Positions 51,168-64,000 of a stretch of 64,000 bases of DNA are shown one piece after another. Source of the DNA: Hydrolagus affinis (Eukaryota); assembly GCA_012026655.1 (NCBI GenBank), contig JAAILG010000348.1:1-64000 (forward strand), in the 5' to 3' direction. The notes under the pieces were generated by a model. It was not told the origin of the DNA and did not search any database. It saw only the letters and a list, made by a program, of their open reading frames with translations. Position 1 is the first letter of the stretch. The number at the start of each line of letters is the position of its first letter. Made by a program: the position numbers and the translations under genes.

Positions 51168-54100
51168 ACATATCTGGGGATAGTGTATACTTTGGGGGCA
51201 CGACGTGTCAAACGACTGCCAAGATGGTGGAAGTTGAACCAGATGGACCGTAGTCTTCTTTTGCCAACAAATTCTTACATTCAATATCCTCTCCAAATGA
51301 GCTTTAAAACTCTCTCACGTGTTTTTTCTTCCAGCAGTTAACCCAAAGCATACTCCGGGCTCTCCGCAAGTCTTGGCTCTTGCCAACCTGCGCCTAATAC
51401 TCTCTGTAATGAGGTTCAATTGAATAATAACAAACTTTACATTTGTAGAGCACCTTTCACATTGGAAGAATGTCTCAAAGCGCTTCATAGGAGGTGTGCT
51501 GCATAACTGATTAGAGAGAAAACTAACCACATCGCCCATTACTTCAGACTTAAAACACACCCTTCTAGTTAAGTGATCTTGTCAAGATTTTACCATAGTT
51601 TAACTACATTGTTACCCTATCACGCATACACAAATCTAGAGTTGATAGATGCAAATCTAATAAAATGGTTAGTACTGAATGCCCAAGCAGAACTTTATTG
51701 GTTTGAATTCTACCGTTGCCCATGTAGATTCCGCCCCTTTTGAAATTAACAAAATGTGTACCACGTCCAAGTATAGTCTTCTTGGTAAAGTTTAACCAAG
51801 TATTGATCCTGCTTCAAGGGTTAACAATCCTGGGCATTGTTGATGGTTGATCAGCCTGAATGATTTATTTATGGAGAATCTTGGAGGTGTAACCATTTCT
51901 TCAACCTGGGATTTTTAAGAATAATGAATGTTTTTTTTCCTCAAATGTTAGCAGGGCCAGTTTGATAACATCAGCCTTTCTGCTCCCTATGTTTCTATGC
52001 TAGAATAGGTATGAACTAAATTACTGGTGGGGAAATCGCAAAGCCGGGAGGCAATAATGAGAGACTATTGCAGGATTTACAAAGTAGAAGTGATTGAACA
52101 TGTCCAACATATATATAAAAAAAGGCCTTGGGGGAAATATAGGCTCTGAACTTTGCGGGAAAAAAGAATGCCTAGGGAGAATGGCTGTCAAAATCAAGGA
52201 GGATAGCAAGGTGTACCAAAAGCAATTTGATACTGTTTACAGATGGACAAAAGCAAACCTTGCTGCTGTTAAACTGCCCGTGAAGGATTCTAGGACAAAA
52301 TAGTAGATGAAAAGCCTGCTCTGGGTGTCAATCTTTGAGTTGTGGGCAGGACTTGGAGCAAGATATTGTGGCCAGAAGCGGGCAAGTACCTTACAATTCA
52401 AATGTGTTCGCAGATTTTCCAAACAGTCCAAGTGTCAAGGGAAATGAGTATACTTCAGAAGTGTAAATTTTTCTTGCAGTTTAAGTCTTCTACAAGAAAT
52501 GTAATCCTGTTTGATCACACAAGATATACAAAGACAACAAATCAAGAAAGCTTATACATTAGAAAACAACAAAAACACTGAATCAATGCCGTAAGTAAAT
52601 CTATGATTCATGTGTGCCTTAGCTATATATAATCATTACACCTTAAGCATTGGATTCAGACTCCAAAGGTTGGTTTTAAATTAATTGTATTTGAGGCAAA
52701 CACGTATCTTAAGAATCTAGAAATTTTAGAATGGTCCAAAATCTCCTATACTTCAAAATCAATTAAATTGCTTCAAATATTGAGAAATATTTGCATGAAG
52801 CCACCTGCCTCAAATTTTCCTTAGAGCAGATTAAAACTGCTTGTTCATAGATATTGACAGGGACTGAAATTCATACATTCACACAAGTCCATCCTCAAGC
52901 CTGCCAGGCATCACTAATACAGTTAACATCACTCCTTTTGGTGTAAAACTGATGCATGTTGACATCATTCACTCTTAAAAATTAACAGTCCCATTATGTT
53001 TAAATCGGTTTGTAAAGTACGCCAATCTTGCTGATCATCAATGTCACTCCTCACATTCCACTAATGCTAGCAGTTCTGTCTGTACTGAATAAAACCTCAA
53101 ATCAATGATGAAATCTTGGGCACAATACCATTGTAAGGAGAGAAGAACAGTTTATTTGTTCGAGTCGCAGATTTCACCTTGCACAGTTAATGTAAACAGG
53201 TTTTGCTGAAAGAAGAGTCTTTCTTTGAATTTGTCTAAGCAACTTCAAGATGGTCTAACTGTCCCTCTTCTCCATTGTGCCATGATCATTAGATTTTCAC
53301 ATTCAGATCCCACAGAGTTTCAAAAGTATAAGAAATTGGAAGGCAAATTAGCTCCAGGGATGAGATCTGCATGAGGTCTGCTTTTTGAATCATGGCAAGC
53401 AATGTTTTATTTCTCATACAGCTGTAGCGGAGCAACTTAAATGAGTTAGCTAGCTGTGAGTGAAACTGGCTTTGCCCAGCAGCACCTCCAAACTAATATC
53501 AGCATGAAACTTGAAACACACAGTTTAGTAGTGCTTATTCTGCCAAGTTCTCATCGTCCACCATATTCAACTGCTGAATGCAGAACCCACCCACTCGACC
53601 CCACTCTTTCCTGTGCCAAACCGATCAGAGTGGTCTCACATTTGCTATACATTCCTGGAAAGCAGAGTATAGACTGGAGCTGAGCTCACTAAGGAAAATG
53701 ATACATGATAAGGGTTTCTAGAAGTATTTACACTTATCTTATGACACCAGTAGTCATACTGGTAGAAGAAAATTTGGGACGAGGCCTGAGAGAGCGAGAT
53801 TGATTATTATTACCTATCTATATCTAATGGATAAGACAAGCCTTGAATGGTATTGGACGGTTAATCAAAAGAGATACACAGTAGTACACTACAGTATTAG
53901 GATTTTAGGAGTGCAGAACACTGCCTATTCTCAACTCATGTTAATAACTCTGTGATCCACTGTTGAATCCAGTACCACATGTTTCATACAATAATGCAGT
54001 GTGAACTCATCAGTACTCATTGAGGACAGCCTCCTGATTTTATTATGCTGTGTTTGTCTGAACATTGCTAAGATACTTGAATGACTTTCATTCTCTAGAA

Positions 54101-55796
54101 CTACATATCCCGTTAATTACTTAAGATACTCCAACCATTAATACGAAGCACTTAATTTCCTCCTTGTGACATTTTTTTTAATGCAGCAGCTCAAACTAAA
54201 TACTGTGCTAACAAACTGTGGCTTTACACATCTGATAAGGGCACAGTTATACAAGATCCTATATATCCTATCCTAAAAGAGATCCCCATATGTGTGTTTG
54301 TATTGAATTTCAAGAAGTGAAAGGATAATTTGGATATATTGGGAGTTTCAAGCTCATTTCTGCTTATTCATTCAAACAGAGTGACAGATAGATCAAGGCA
54401 CAATAAGTGAGTTATTTGTGGACAGTTAGAACTGATTGTGGACAATATTGTCCTGCAATGTCTTGTCGTCTGTGTCTATGGGCAATAAATAATGCTGGTA
54501 CAAAGTGCAAGCATGCTTCCATTGCCCTAACCAAACGGTTATACAATACTTTGTGTGTTAGCCTAGACAAAAATACTGTATATGGGACACTGTTAATGCC
54601 CAACCACTGCCTCAGCTGGCATAAGTTAGCACAGAGAGTATATTAAATGTGAGATCATTCTGATCAGTTTGGAATAATACCACACAACACCACCATATGT
54701 TGCATTGAGTGGGGGGCTGGTTGGGAATCTTGTAACGTGGCTTTGTTACTTTACAAAGCCAACATTAGTTACAGAGTAGTAGTGATCTTGGACTTAGAGA
54801 CTGAACAAATGTACATTCAGATTGGAAAACATTTCCGTTTACTTTTTAGTTTAGATATTCAGTCACAAAATATCACCAGACACCCAGACCATCATAGAAA
54901 CTGAAAGAGAACATGCCTAAACATATATCTAAAGATTGATGCGTAGATTTAAGTATACATATTTACGTTTTGCATCCTTCAATATATGGCCTTTGTTTCA
55001 AAATTGATATTACTGGGTGATTTTGTGCTAATCTCGAAGAAGAATGTCTTACCAAAGGATCGACACCGTTATAAGCAGGCAGGACTCCCATGTCAGGAAC
55101 TGAAAGAGTAAGCAGGGCAAGGAATTTGTAATGCAATTTTATAAGCATCAGGGTTGAACTCATTCATCGAACTATAATACTTCCCTCTTTACATTAAAAG
55201 TGCATAAAACATTAACTGGAGACACTTTCATGAGGTGTTCAGGCCATAAGCACCTCATGGACATTAGACTTCCACATCTCTCTTGACTGAAAATATCTTC
55301 CAAACAGAGGTCGTTTTGTTCTATATTAATCTATATTAATCAATTCAATCACTACATGAAAATAAAACAATGAAGCACCTTTTACGGCCTTTCCCAGGCC
55401 TGCCATTAAATTCCAATTTGGTGGGGAGACTGGAAAGCAATTGTACCTGAACAGCAGGACATGTTGTCACAATGAATGCATCATTGTTCAAACAAAAGGA
55501 TGAGCAGCACGGGTGATTGCGATCGAAACTGGGTCAAATTCATAATGTTAGGAATAAATCTAAATCAGACCAATTTCAATCAGTCTGGATCACCATGTCA
55601 AGTCTGATGCTCATCACTGGGGCTGAATGACAGTTGCAGAGGGACACTGACTCCCCTTTGGGGATTTTTATCAAGCAGAACAGGGTGTATGATTTGCTCA
55701 GACTCAGCTGCAATTTATTGTTTTGCACTTTCTTCAGTTTTACTTCCTTACTTGTAGAGTATTTATATTTAAAGTGAAAAAAAATGATAGATAACG

Positions 55797-55880
55797 TGTC
55801 AGCCAGGCTCAGCGGTAGTGGCACTCTCATCACTGAGTCAGAAGGGTGTGGGCTTAAACCTCATGTCGGGACTTGGAGTC
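55797..55880 (+). mobile_element. Deu-type SINE tRNA head
   Basis: tgtcagccaggctcagcggtagtggcactctcatcactgagtcagaagggtgtgggcttaaacc, homologous to the heads ending at 20236 and 28850. Confidence 0.65.
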
Positions 55881-56879
55881 ATACCGTTTAAGATGACAGA
55901 ATGTATTAGGCTATGGGAAATTTGTGACAAGCTTCTAAGTATCTCAAGACAAATTTTGTAAGTCTTTTTATGCTACCAGCAAGTAACGCAGTAAAATTCA
56001 TGAAGCATCTGCCCTTGTTAGAATTGCCTCTGGCTACACTTGTAATGCATCCAGTGACACACAGACTTGCACAAAATATCATCAAAGCTGTGGTACAGCA
56101 GCCCTCCCTTCCCACACACGAATACACCAACAAAAATACAGCCAATGTGTGGATTAAGGACCTACAGGCGATCTGATATGTGACAATTTGAATGAGTAAT
56201 GTGCAGACACCATATGGCGTGGCCCTGCTTCCTGGTTCTAACCTCCTTTAATATACTTTCTCCTCCCCACCACTATCGGTGTCCTATCACATTTCTATCA
56301 ATGAGGCAGGCAGCACTGCCAAAAGAGAAACATTAAGCCATCAATATATCTCAGCTCATTCAAGAAACCGCTAACAAAAAAACGAGAATGATGCGCTCAA
56401 TGTGGGATTACTATGCCCCATTGCTAAAACATCCTCCCAAGAAGCTTTTTTTTCTTTCAGTCAAATATTTTCATTCACTTCTACAACCTAATGGCAATTT
56501 TAAGATTCAAAAGTTCTTGTTATATTAATGGTGCCTTTTGTATTCCTGGACACAAACCTTTGGCTTCAATCTTGCTCTCCTTTGCAATTCATTTTAGTTT
56601 CGCAATTTTGATAGATATTACAGTGATGACTATGGCAAATGAAGAAGAAAGATGTGAAAGCATTTAGGAAAAGGGGTGAGAGAAAGGGTAGATTCAACAA
56701 GGCACGGATTTAATGGAGCACTTTATTTTTTGGCAGTCTGGCATGCGGAAACACGTCACCGTGCTTAAGAGTATCCAAACTAAACGGAGATTTCCATGCA
56801 TCTCATCTTCACATGGAAATCCCAGAGTTAGATTATTGAAATGATGGGCACACTCTCTCATAATATTGTAGATTGAAAG

Positions 56880-57310
56880 TAGGGTCCGTCGATAGGGAAA
56901 TTTTCCGATATCGATATATCGGTGGGCTCATATCGATATATACCGATATATCAATATTTCCGGGGTTTGTTATACTGCGCATGCGTGCGCATTCGGAGGT
57001 ACACGCGCATTTGGGGGTGCGAGCGCATTCTGTTGTCCACGTGCATTCGGGGTGGGGGGGTGCGCACGCATTCAGGGGTGCGCGCGCATTCCGTGTTCTA
57101 GGCCCAGGAGGTTGTAATGCCGGCGACAAGGTAAGTTGGAAAAGTTCGCATTATACCGATCATACTGATATATTGCCGGAAACGATATACCAATATATTT
57201 TTTATACCAAATTTTTCGATATGTCTATATATTTTAAATTACAATATCGGCATATCGATTTGAAAAATTATATCGATATAACCGATATATCGATATATCG
57301 CCAGACACTA
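56880..57310. mobile_element. Non-autonomous hAT-superfamily MITE (431 bp)
   Basis: Perfect 8-bp TSD ATTGAAAG (56872-79 and 57311-18); imperfect TIRs tagggtccgtcgata versus rc tagtgtctggcgata; dense subterminal cgatat/atatcg repeats; CpG rich. Confidence 0.93.
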
Positions 57311-58919
57311 ATTGAAAGTAACAGTGGCCTAATTTTGTGCTGAAATATCTATCGTTTTATGAATGTTCTTCCATTCTTCAAGTTCCAATATTCCATCATA
57401 TCCTGCATCTTCACAACACTGAAATCAAAACTCAAGCTGTGAATCCTCCCAAATCATAGCCTCAACCACCTCAATGTATACTGTTTCATATGCACAATTA
57501 TGGAAACATCTCAATGTTTGCACCTGCAAGTAACATGGAACCAAGATTAAATTGACAATTTATATTTTCTGCAGTCTAAATGAAGCCATTTGCTTTGAAC
57601 ACGTGCTTACAGTGTAAAAACAGAGTTGAAATGATTCAGATCCACTGCATATTCAACTCCCAAGTGTTTGCCAATTGCGACCTTAGGATTGGAGGGGCAT
57701 CTGTTTCCATTGAACATGCAAACCGATAGAAGATTTGTTTGAAGTGGTGGTAATTTGAGTTACAACACTTGTGTGCATTTGTTTTGTTCAGGTATTTTTC
57801 ATGCCGGTTTTTGATTAGATCCAAAGCACCAGCTGGCTGTGGAGAATGATTATTAAAAGGGTAACAATATTTTAAAAACCATTGTTGAATGTCACTCACA
57901 GATGTTTTACAATTGAGCAGCCCCCAAATTTGCATATGTTTTTCGGACTTTGATGGATGATCATTGAGAATGGGCCACTAAAACTCACGAGATTTTACAG
58001 CTTTTTGAGAATGGTTTATAGTGATTTTGGTGGAGGACTCCTGTGACAGTTCACAAATGTTCAAAGGCTTTTGTGACTGAACAAACTGCTGTCTGAATGT
58101 AACTAAATCTTGTTTGTGCATTGCTGTTTTGATATGGCCGTAAACATCTGTGAACCTGTATAGCAACACTGAATGTTAATGGGTGTTCCAGGACATATAA
58201 CATTTAGTTGATGAACTTTTCAAGCAGACTGAGCTGTATAACACAAAATTCATTTTTTTAAAAATGATTCATAATCATTTTATTATTAGTCACCCAGGCA
58301 TTGCAGTAACTGTTAAATATTCACTGAAAGGAGTGATTGATTTTAATTTGCGCTTTATTTTTCTCTTTGATGCATTAAATGCCACTACAGTCTTCAGAGG
58401 GTTAAAGCACTTCCTGTGTTCCTGTTTATTTAATGAGATTTCATTATGGCTTAAGGAACTCGTGACATCAATGTTGCATCTTCCTCATTAACTTAGATCT
58501 ATTCATTTAAGCAATCTATCTTGCCAATTAAAAAGAAGATTGTTTAGTCTGGGCATCACAGTCTGCTTTCTCATGTCATAATGTCCTTTTGTATTCCCAG
58601 TGATGAAGCTCTGCACTTGTTAATTCAGCCCTATGTAACACCTACTGCTTTTCTATTTTCCCAGCACAATGAATTTCAAGTTTCCCTTACAGCAGAATCA
58701 GGACAAAATTTTCCATTACCTTTACCTACTCGCACTAATTAGGGTTATTTTGTTGAACACGTGTTGTCATATAATTGACAGGATGTTCAACAGCTTCTAA
58801 TCATTAGTTTCCAGTCAAACTGTTCCCTCCAATCATGATATTGCCACACGTTAAATAAAGAGCTTTCTGTTGCATGAAAGCACCCCACACAACAGCCATG
58901 ATGATGATGCTGACTGCTA

Positions 58920-58975
58920 TACAACAACAACAACAACATTACATTTATAGAGTGCCTTTCACATTGGGAGGGCAT
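58920..58975 (-). mobile_element. L2 LINE 3' tail
   Basis: acaacaacaacaacaacattacatttatagagtgcctttcacattgggagggcatc. Confidence 0.8.
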
Positions 58976-59979
58976 CACAGTAGTGAATTTCATCAGGAAG
59001 GTGGAACAAAAAGACTGTGTAATTATCTTGTGCTAAATGCTATTGGGGCCTTATACAGCACATCATAATTGTGCTCAAAGTGTGTCAGCTTGGTTCAGTT
59101 AGTCGCATTCTTGCTTCAAAGATTATTGTTCCTTGAACTTTCTTATCTTGCTCCTCCCAAGTGCCAAAAATGCATGTTCCTCCACTCCACATCTCACGAT
59201 GTTGAAATCAAAGCTCATCACGACACACCGTCTCTCCTACTCAAACCCACGTTTTCCCAGGACCTCAAAGCTGTTGATTTCCCGATGTCCCCCAGACTTT
59301 CCTTCCTCCCACAATTTGTAGTATTTTTTTGTTCAAAACAAACCGTATGTGATTGACTTCCTTCTTGTTTCTCCTCATGTTTCAGCAGCCTGGGTGATGT
59401 TATCCTCTGTGGGCATCGCCCATATTTCTCAGCAAAACACAACTTCTTTAGTCTGAATGTCACCCGACAACAGGGACATGAAGTGCACAGACAGCTGCTC
59501 CTGGCACAAAAAGTGAATCCCAAAACAGAACAAAATCCTCAGACAGACAGAAGAATTGCGCTTTATTGCAATTATTGAGGTTTGCTTGGGTGTAATTTCA
59601 AAGCTGCAGCCCACTCAAAATTCAGCAAGAAAGAGATCAACACTTCAATCCACCTACTTAGAGGTAAAAGTAAAGTGAAGAGCCAGAGAATAGCAATTTC
59701 TGTTGAATTTTACCACATTCAGAGCTGGTAAGCACTGAGCCCATTGTAAACCAAATCTTCCTATCAATTTACTATTTTACTATATGGACAGGAGTTTTAA
59801 TACCTATGTAAATCAGAAGATGTTATTCCGACAGGGGGGCAGGGAACTGATTGAAACATGTTGGAACATTCATTTTGACTGTTACGAGTTAGACAGCGAT
59901 AGAGCAGTGACAGTTATGTTCATTCCAGCGAGGCAAGCTTTAACCTCTCATTAGTGTCTGCAGTCAACCAACAGATCCA

Positions 59980-60435
59980 TTGTCAATGCTGATATTCCAA
60001 TGCAATGCTGGGTGTGTGCTGCATCCTTTGGAGTTGCTGCCTTCGAATGAGATGCAAAACTGATGTCCTTTTTGCCTGTTCAGGTGGATGTTATATTATT
60101 TGAAAAATAAGGGAGTTTTTTTTTTACACACTTTTACGCTTTAGTGTGATTCACATCAAGGGGAATCTTAAATTTCTTCACACAGCTAACTGAAAGCCTA
60201 AACGAAGAGAGCAGAATGAGAGGGGTTCAGGACCAAAAACTATTTGTGTTCTGGTTAACAATCCCTTGAATAAAACTTGTCATTCATTTCACTGCTATTT
60301 ATGGAACACTACTGTGTGCAAATTAGCTGTTGTGATTTATTAAATACATAGTCTAAATACAAATTGCTACACTTTATAGAAAACTCTGTGGAGCACTCTA
60401 AATTTGTTATATGAAAAGCAAGAATTTTTATTATA
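59980..60435 (+). mobile_element. Old Deu-domain SINE (body and tail, interrupted)
   Basis: gctgccttcgaatgagatgcaaaactga...gcctgttcaggtggatgtta...gggagtt; later gctatttatggaacactactgtgtgcaaattagctg and aaagcaagaattttttattat. Confidence 0.6.
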
Positions 60436-60864
60436 TACCATGCTGACAATTCTGGACACTTTCAGGAAAACACTTTCTTCCTTTCAACTTAAAAGAATTA
60501 CAATCAGGAAAGGCTTCCCTGTTTTGTAATGGTAGAGATGAGCTGCTGCGGGGATCTTTACAGATGGTAACGGAGATTAAGGGCGTTGGCAAAACTCAAA
60601 TGGAGTTTTGGAAGTGGTAACAAGAATATATATGAAGCTGCCTGAGAATATTATTAGGTTCCAGTCCTCTCTTATGCTCTTTAGTTAGTAAGTTCATCAA
60701 CCTATTCAGCAGGTTACAGCCGTGAAACATTCTCTGAGCCAGTCAATGTTGCCTGAAAATTAATGCATGAGCACATTTCCATCTATCCTTTTGACTGAAA
60801 TGTTGGTTCTTCCCGTCTTACCCAGGCATTGCTTCCCCATCCCCACTACCCTCTCTTTTACTTG

Positions 60865-61007
60865 GCACTCAGCCAATTGTGTGAAGCTTGACAAAATATA
60901 CAATGAATGCCCTTTACACATGACACTGTGAAGGGTTTTGAGACAAAACGAAGATGTGATAAGGTGTTATATCAAACTCGAGGATTATATATATATATAT
61001 ATATTAT
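60865..61007 (+). mobile_element. SINE 3' fragment ending in (TA)n
   Basis: ctgtgaagggttttgagacaaaacgaagatgtgataaggtgttatatcaaactcgaggattatatatatat. Confidence 0.7.
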
Positions 61008-61925
61008 AACTTGTTGAGCTTCCCCTTGACATGAAAGGTACTATATAAGGGGACATTCTTGTCGAGGTTAATCTGTGTTGTCATTTATTGGAAGTACACA
61101 TCCTTATATTATTTTATATTAATTCTGTTCTTATAATAGACTTTTAAGTGTCATCAAAAGAGCCGCTATAAAGTACTGATTATCAGTGGTAACACTGAAG
61201 CAGTAACTCTTTGAATTAAGTTATACTTCAACTATTTACTATAGTTGTAAAATGTGTTTCTTTTTCATTGCACACCAAAGACAAATAGGCAGCATGTCCC
61301 AGGGCTGCCACGCCCTCCCCCTCTCTCTCTGTCTGCCTAAGCTGCCCAGGAACCACCGCTGGTGGGTTCCATATGAGTGGCCTAGGTTGAATTGCTTTTA
61401 ATTTGGTTTGCCATCAGGGAGTGTCTTGGCAGTGCTTACTGGCTGCCCTCCTACCATTCAGTTTTCCAAGTTAAATCATTGTGTGCTTGCCACAAGTGAA
61501 GCTCCAAATTACTTGTGGAATTGGACTGAACACATTGTATATTGTCCTTTGTAAATGCAATGCCTATCGTCTTCATTTCACCTGCCGCCGGTGTCCAGTA
61601 ATTCTTCTATGTCTGTGATTACATCGATGAGCCTTCATGGCTATTTCTTTCAATGTTGCTCAAATCCAAATGCAACAGCAGTTATCAGTGGAAACGAGTC
61701 TTTTTGTCACAGCAGTGAAACTGGTAATAGTTTCTGTTTTTAGCATTGCCAAGAATGGTGGAATGAAGCAGTCATGCTGCTAGAGGAGAAAATGAGAGAG
61801 GAACACAAATCTAGTCTCCAATCCTGGGAGCATTGGAACACTGATCACAGACCTGTTGTCTAATGTGAGCAGTGTTATGAGGATATGATCTCTATTAAGA
61901 TCGTAAAATCATGTCGGTTCCAGTT

Positions 61926-62076
61926 AATAATAATAATAATAATAATAATCCTTGCGTTTGATACAGCACCATATCACATCTTCAAAACGTCTCCAAGTGC
62001 TTCACAGAATATATTGTAAAGTGAATTGACTGTGTATTGGGTGAGCAAAACGCAGCAGCCAATTGCGCACAGCAGT
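61926..62076 (-). mobile_element. 5'-truncated SINE with (AAT)n tail
   Basis: taataataataataataataataatccttgcgtttgatacagcacc...cgcagcagccaattgcgcacagcagtg. Confidence 0.9.
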
Positions 62077-63234
62077 GATGAAGATAATCCTGAACAGGTT
62101 GAAGATAAATCTGAACTGAAAGTGACCTACCTTCTTCAGGTTTCCACAGAGGGATTCTCCAAATCAGTTTGTGTACCACAAATTATATCCTGGCCACAAT
62201 GCAATGAGTCTTGGTTTCTGGTTCAAATCATTTGGAAATGAAGTCACCTGTTTAACTGCAGCCTTGATACAAAATCTTACGCTTCACAGCTCCAGAATTT
62301 TAAACTCTGAAAACGAAATGAGTGTAATAGATCAGCAATACTCAACCAATCATTCTGCTGTGACCTCAAGGGAATCTCATAAAAACTGCAGATCATATCA
62401 AGAATAATCCAAGCACCTAGTAAATGCCCGTTTCTGTGAAAAATGTCAATTTCTTCATATGGAGTATTTTTGGTGGGATTACAGTAGTTTTTAAAAAAAT
62501 ATATATTATGCGCTGTTGCCCTTTACCCAGTTTAGCGGAAATGAATTGTCTTTTTTGAATTGGTCACAGAGTGTTTGAGAGAGATCCATGTAACGCATTT
62601 CTGATGAACTGTCTCTGTAACCCATTAAAACACCGTCAGATGGTCCCAGATACTATGCCTACTGGAATCTCCAGAGACTCTGAAATCATTTTAGCACAAA
62701 GTGTTCTCATTAGGTGCAGTGCCAGCCACAGCATAGCACGGACATGACACTACATTCCATAGGGGAGTTCTACGGAAGAATACTGCCACAGGGAACTAAT
62801 GTGAGATATTCAGGGCATATTAAAAAAAAATTGCAATTCTTCCCGTATGTGCATTCATTTCCCACATTGGTGGAATATCAATGTCAATGTCAGGGCATGT
62901 TCTACGTTTGTAAAACACAGACCACGTTAATCATCTCTACAGTGCCTATTAACAACCTTTGAATCAATGGCTTTGCAATCCTCCTTCAGCGAAACAGATT
63001 GACAAGCACATACCTTACAGCCACCCATTTCTTCAATTTTGTAATGAAATAATACATCAGATAAATGCTGGCTAATAACATAGCCGCATGTTGAAACATA
63101 CATCCACCATTTGCTCCAATGAGCTGGAGAGTGCACGAGCTGTTAGGTTCCATTTGCTCCAAGCTGGCAAGGTTTCGCTAAGAGATTCTCCACATCATTT
63201 CACTTAAATCCGTTTTGATTACATGAACAAAGCC

Positions 63235-63345
63235 ACAGACAATATGCAGTCAATTCAGTTTACCGTATATTCGGTGAAGTGCTTTGAGCCATCTAGAAGA
63301 TGTGATAAGGCACTATATCAAATGCAAAGATTATTATTGCTATTA
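63235..63345 (+). mobile_element. SINE 3' fragment
   Basis: atatgcagtcaattcagtttaccgtatattcggtgaagtgctttgag...gataaggcactatatcaaatgcaaagattatt. Confidence 0.85.
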
Positions 63346-64000
63346 GTTGCACAAATCAAGCAACAAAACAGATCATTCAGCCTAACGAGTCTATGCTGCT
63401 GTTTGTATTCCAAATGAGTCTCCACCTGTCCCCATGTCTTCCCTTGCTCACGTATGAATCAAGTTTCCACTTTAATGGTTGATGATTTCTGCTTAAAGCA
63501 CAGCTTCTGGGAAAGAATCCCACATTCCCAGCTCAGTCCTTTGCCCAGTTTGGTGCCAAGCAATGTTTTTTTTGTGTTGTAGGGTACAACGGTTTTGTAA
63601 AACGTTCCTCCTGAACTCTCTTCACCCCACACAATGCCCCCCATTTCATCTCCGGAGAAGACAACTCAGACATCTCTTTCCAGTGCATCATAACAACAAG
63701 AAGAGAGATGCACGTGTAGAAACAAGCTTTCTGAGCCATCAACATAAACCAGACCCTGGTTTACAGACATTGCCCTCCCTTGTCTACTCTTTACTGTATG
63801 GCTCTCTGAATGGCAAAACTCAGCAGGTCTTCCTCTGGTTGGTATTTTACCTTTCTAAGAATATTACTATTGAAAATTGTTACATGACAGTGCTTTCAAG
63901 GGGAAAAAGAAATACAGTATTTGGTGTGGTGGTAAAACAAGCACCAAATAAAGTAATGCAATGAAATGCTATCACGTGTTAGCCTAAAAAGTGAGTATCA

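Noticed and set aside
56833-57343. 156-aa and 98-aa ORFs
   Set aside because: They lie almost entirely within the MITE, are repeat-derived and have no transposase motifs
59386-59663. Acceptor-like polypyrimidine tract plus downstream AG|GTAAAA
   Set aside because: All three frames contain stops and the donor is weak; at most a non-coding exon, which is unsupported
61418-61448. tggcagtgcttactggctgc resembles mature miR-34a (seed GGCAGUG)
   Set aside because: It has two deletions relative to miR-34a and no properly spaced complementary 3' arm; only a 5-bp local stem forms

Overview
AT-rich, CpG-depleted vertebrate genomic DNA that is almost entirely non-coding and looks like a large intron or an intergenic region. 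From memory rather than a database search, the repeat content points to a cartilaginous fish, most likely a chimaera such as Callorhinchus milii. It includes tRNA-headed SINEs with L2-derived (ATT)n tails, Deu-domain SINEs, L2 and CR1 LINE fragments and Penelope-like fragments. Almost all ORFs in the supplied track are chance ORFs or LINE debris, and no complete gene, rRNA, genuine tRNA or CRISPR array is supported. The most notable items are: (1) three Penelope-like repeats whose consensus rebuilds a minimal hammerhead ribozyme; (2) a young, CpG-rich 431-bp hAT MITE with a perfect 8-bp TSD, an NRF1-like site and a strong splice donor; (3) a Tigger-like element nested in a SINE tail and carrying an orphan hAT end; (4) two fold-back palindromes about 450 bp apart, one a perfect 31-bp-arm palindrome; (5) a strong 93-nt phase 1-1 candidate coding exon of an unidentified host gene; (6) a 260-bp tandem duplication. 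I found no clear evidence of a new multi-gene system.
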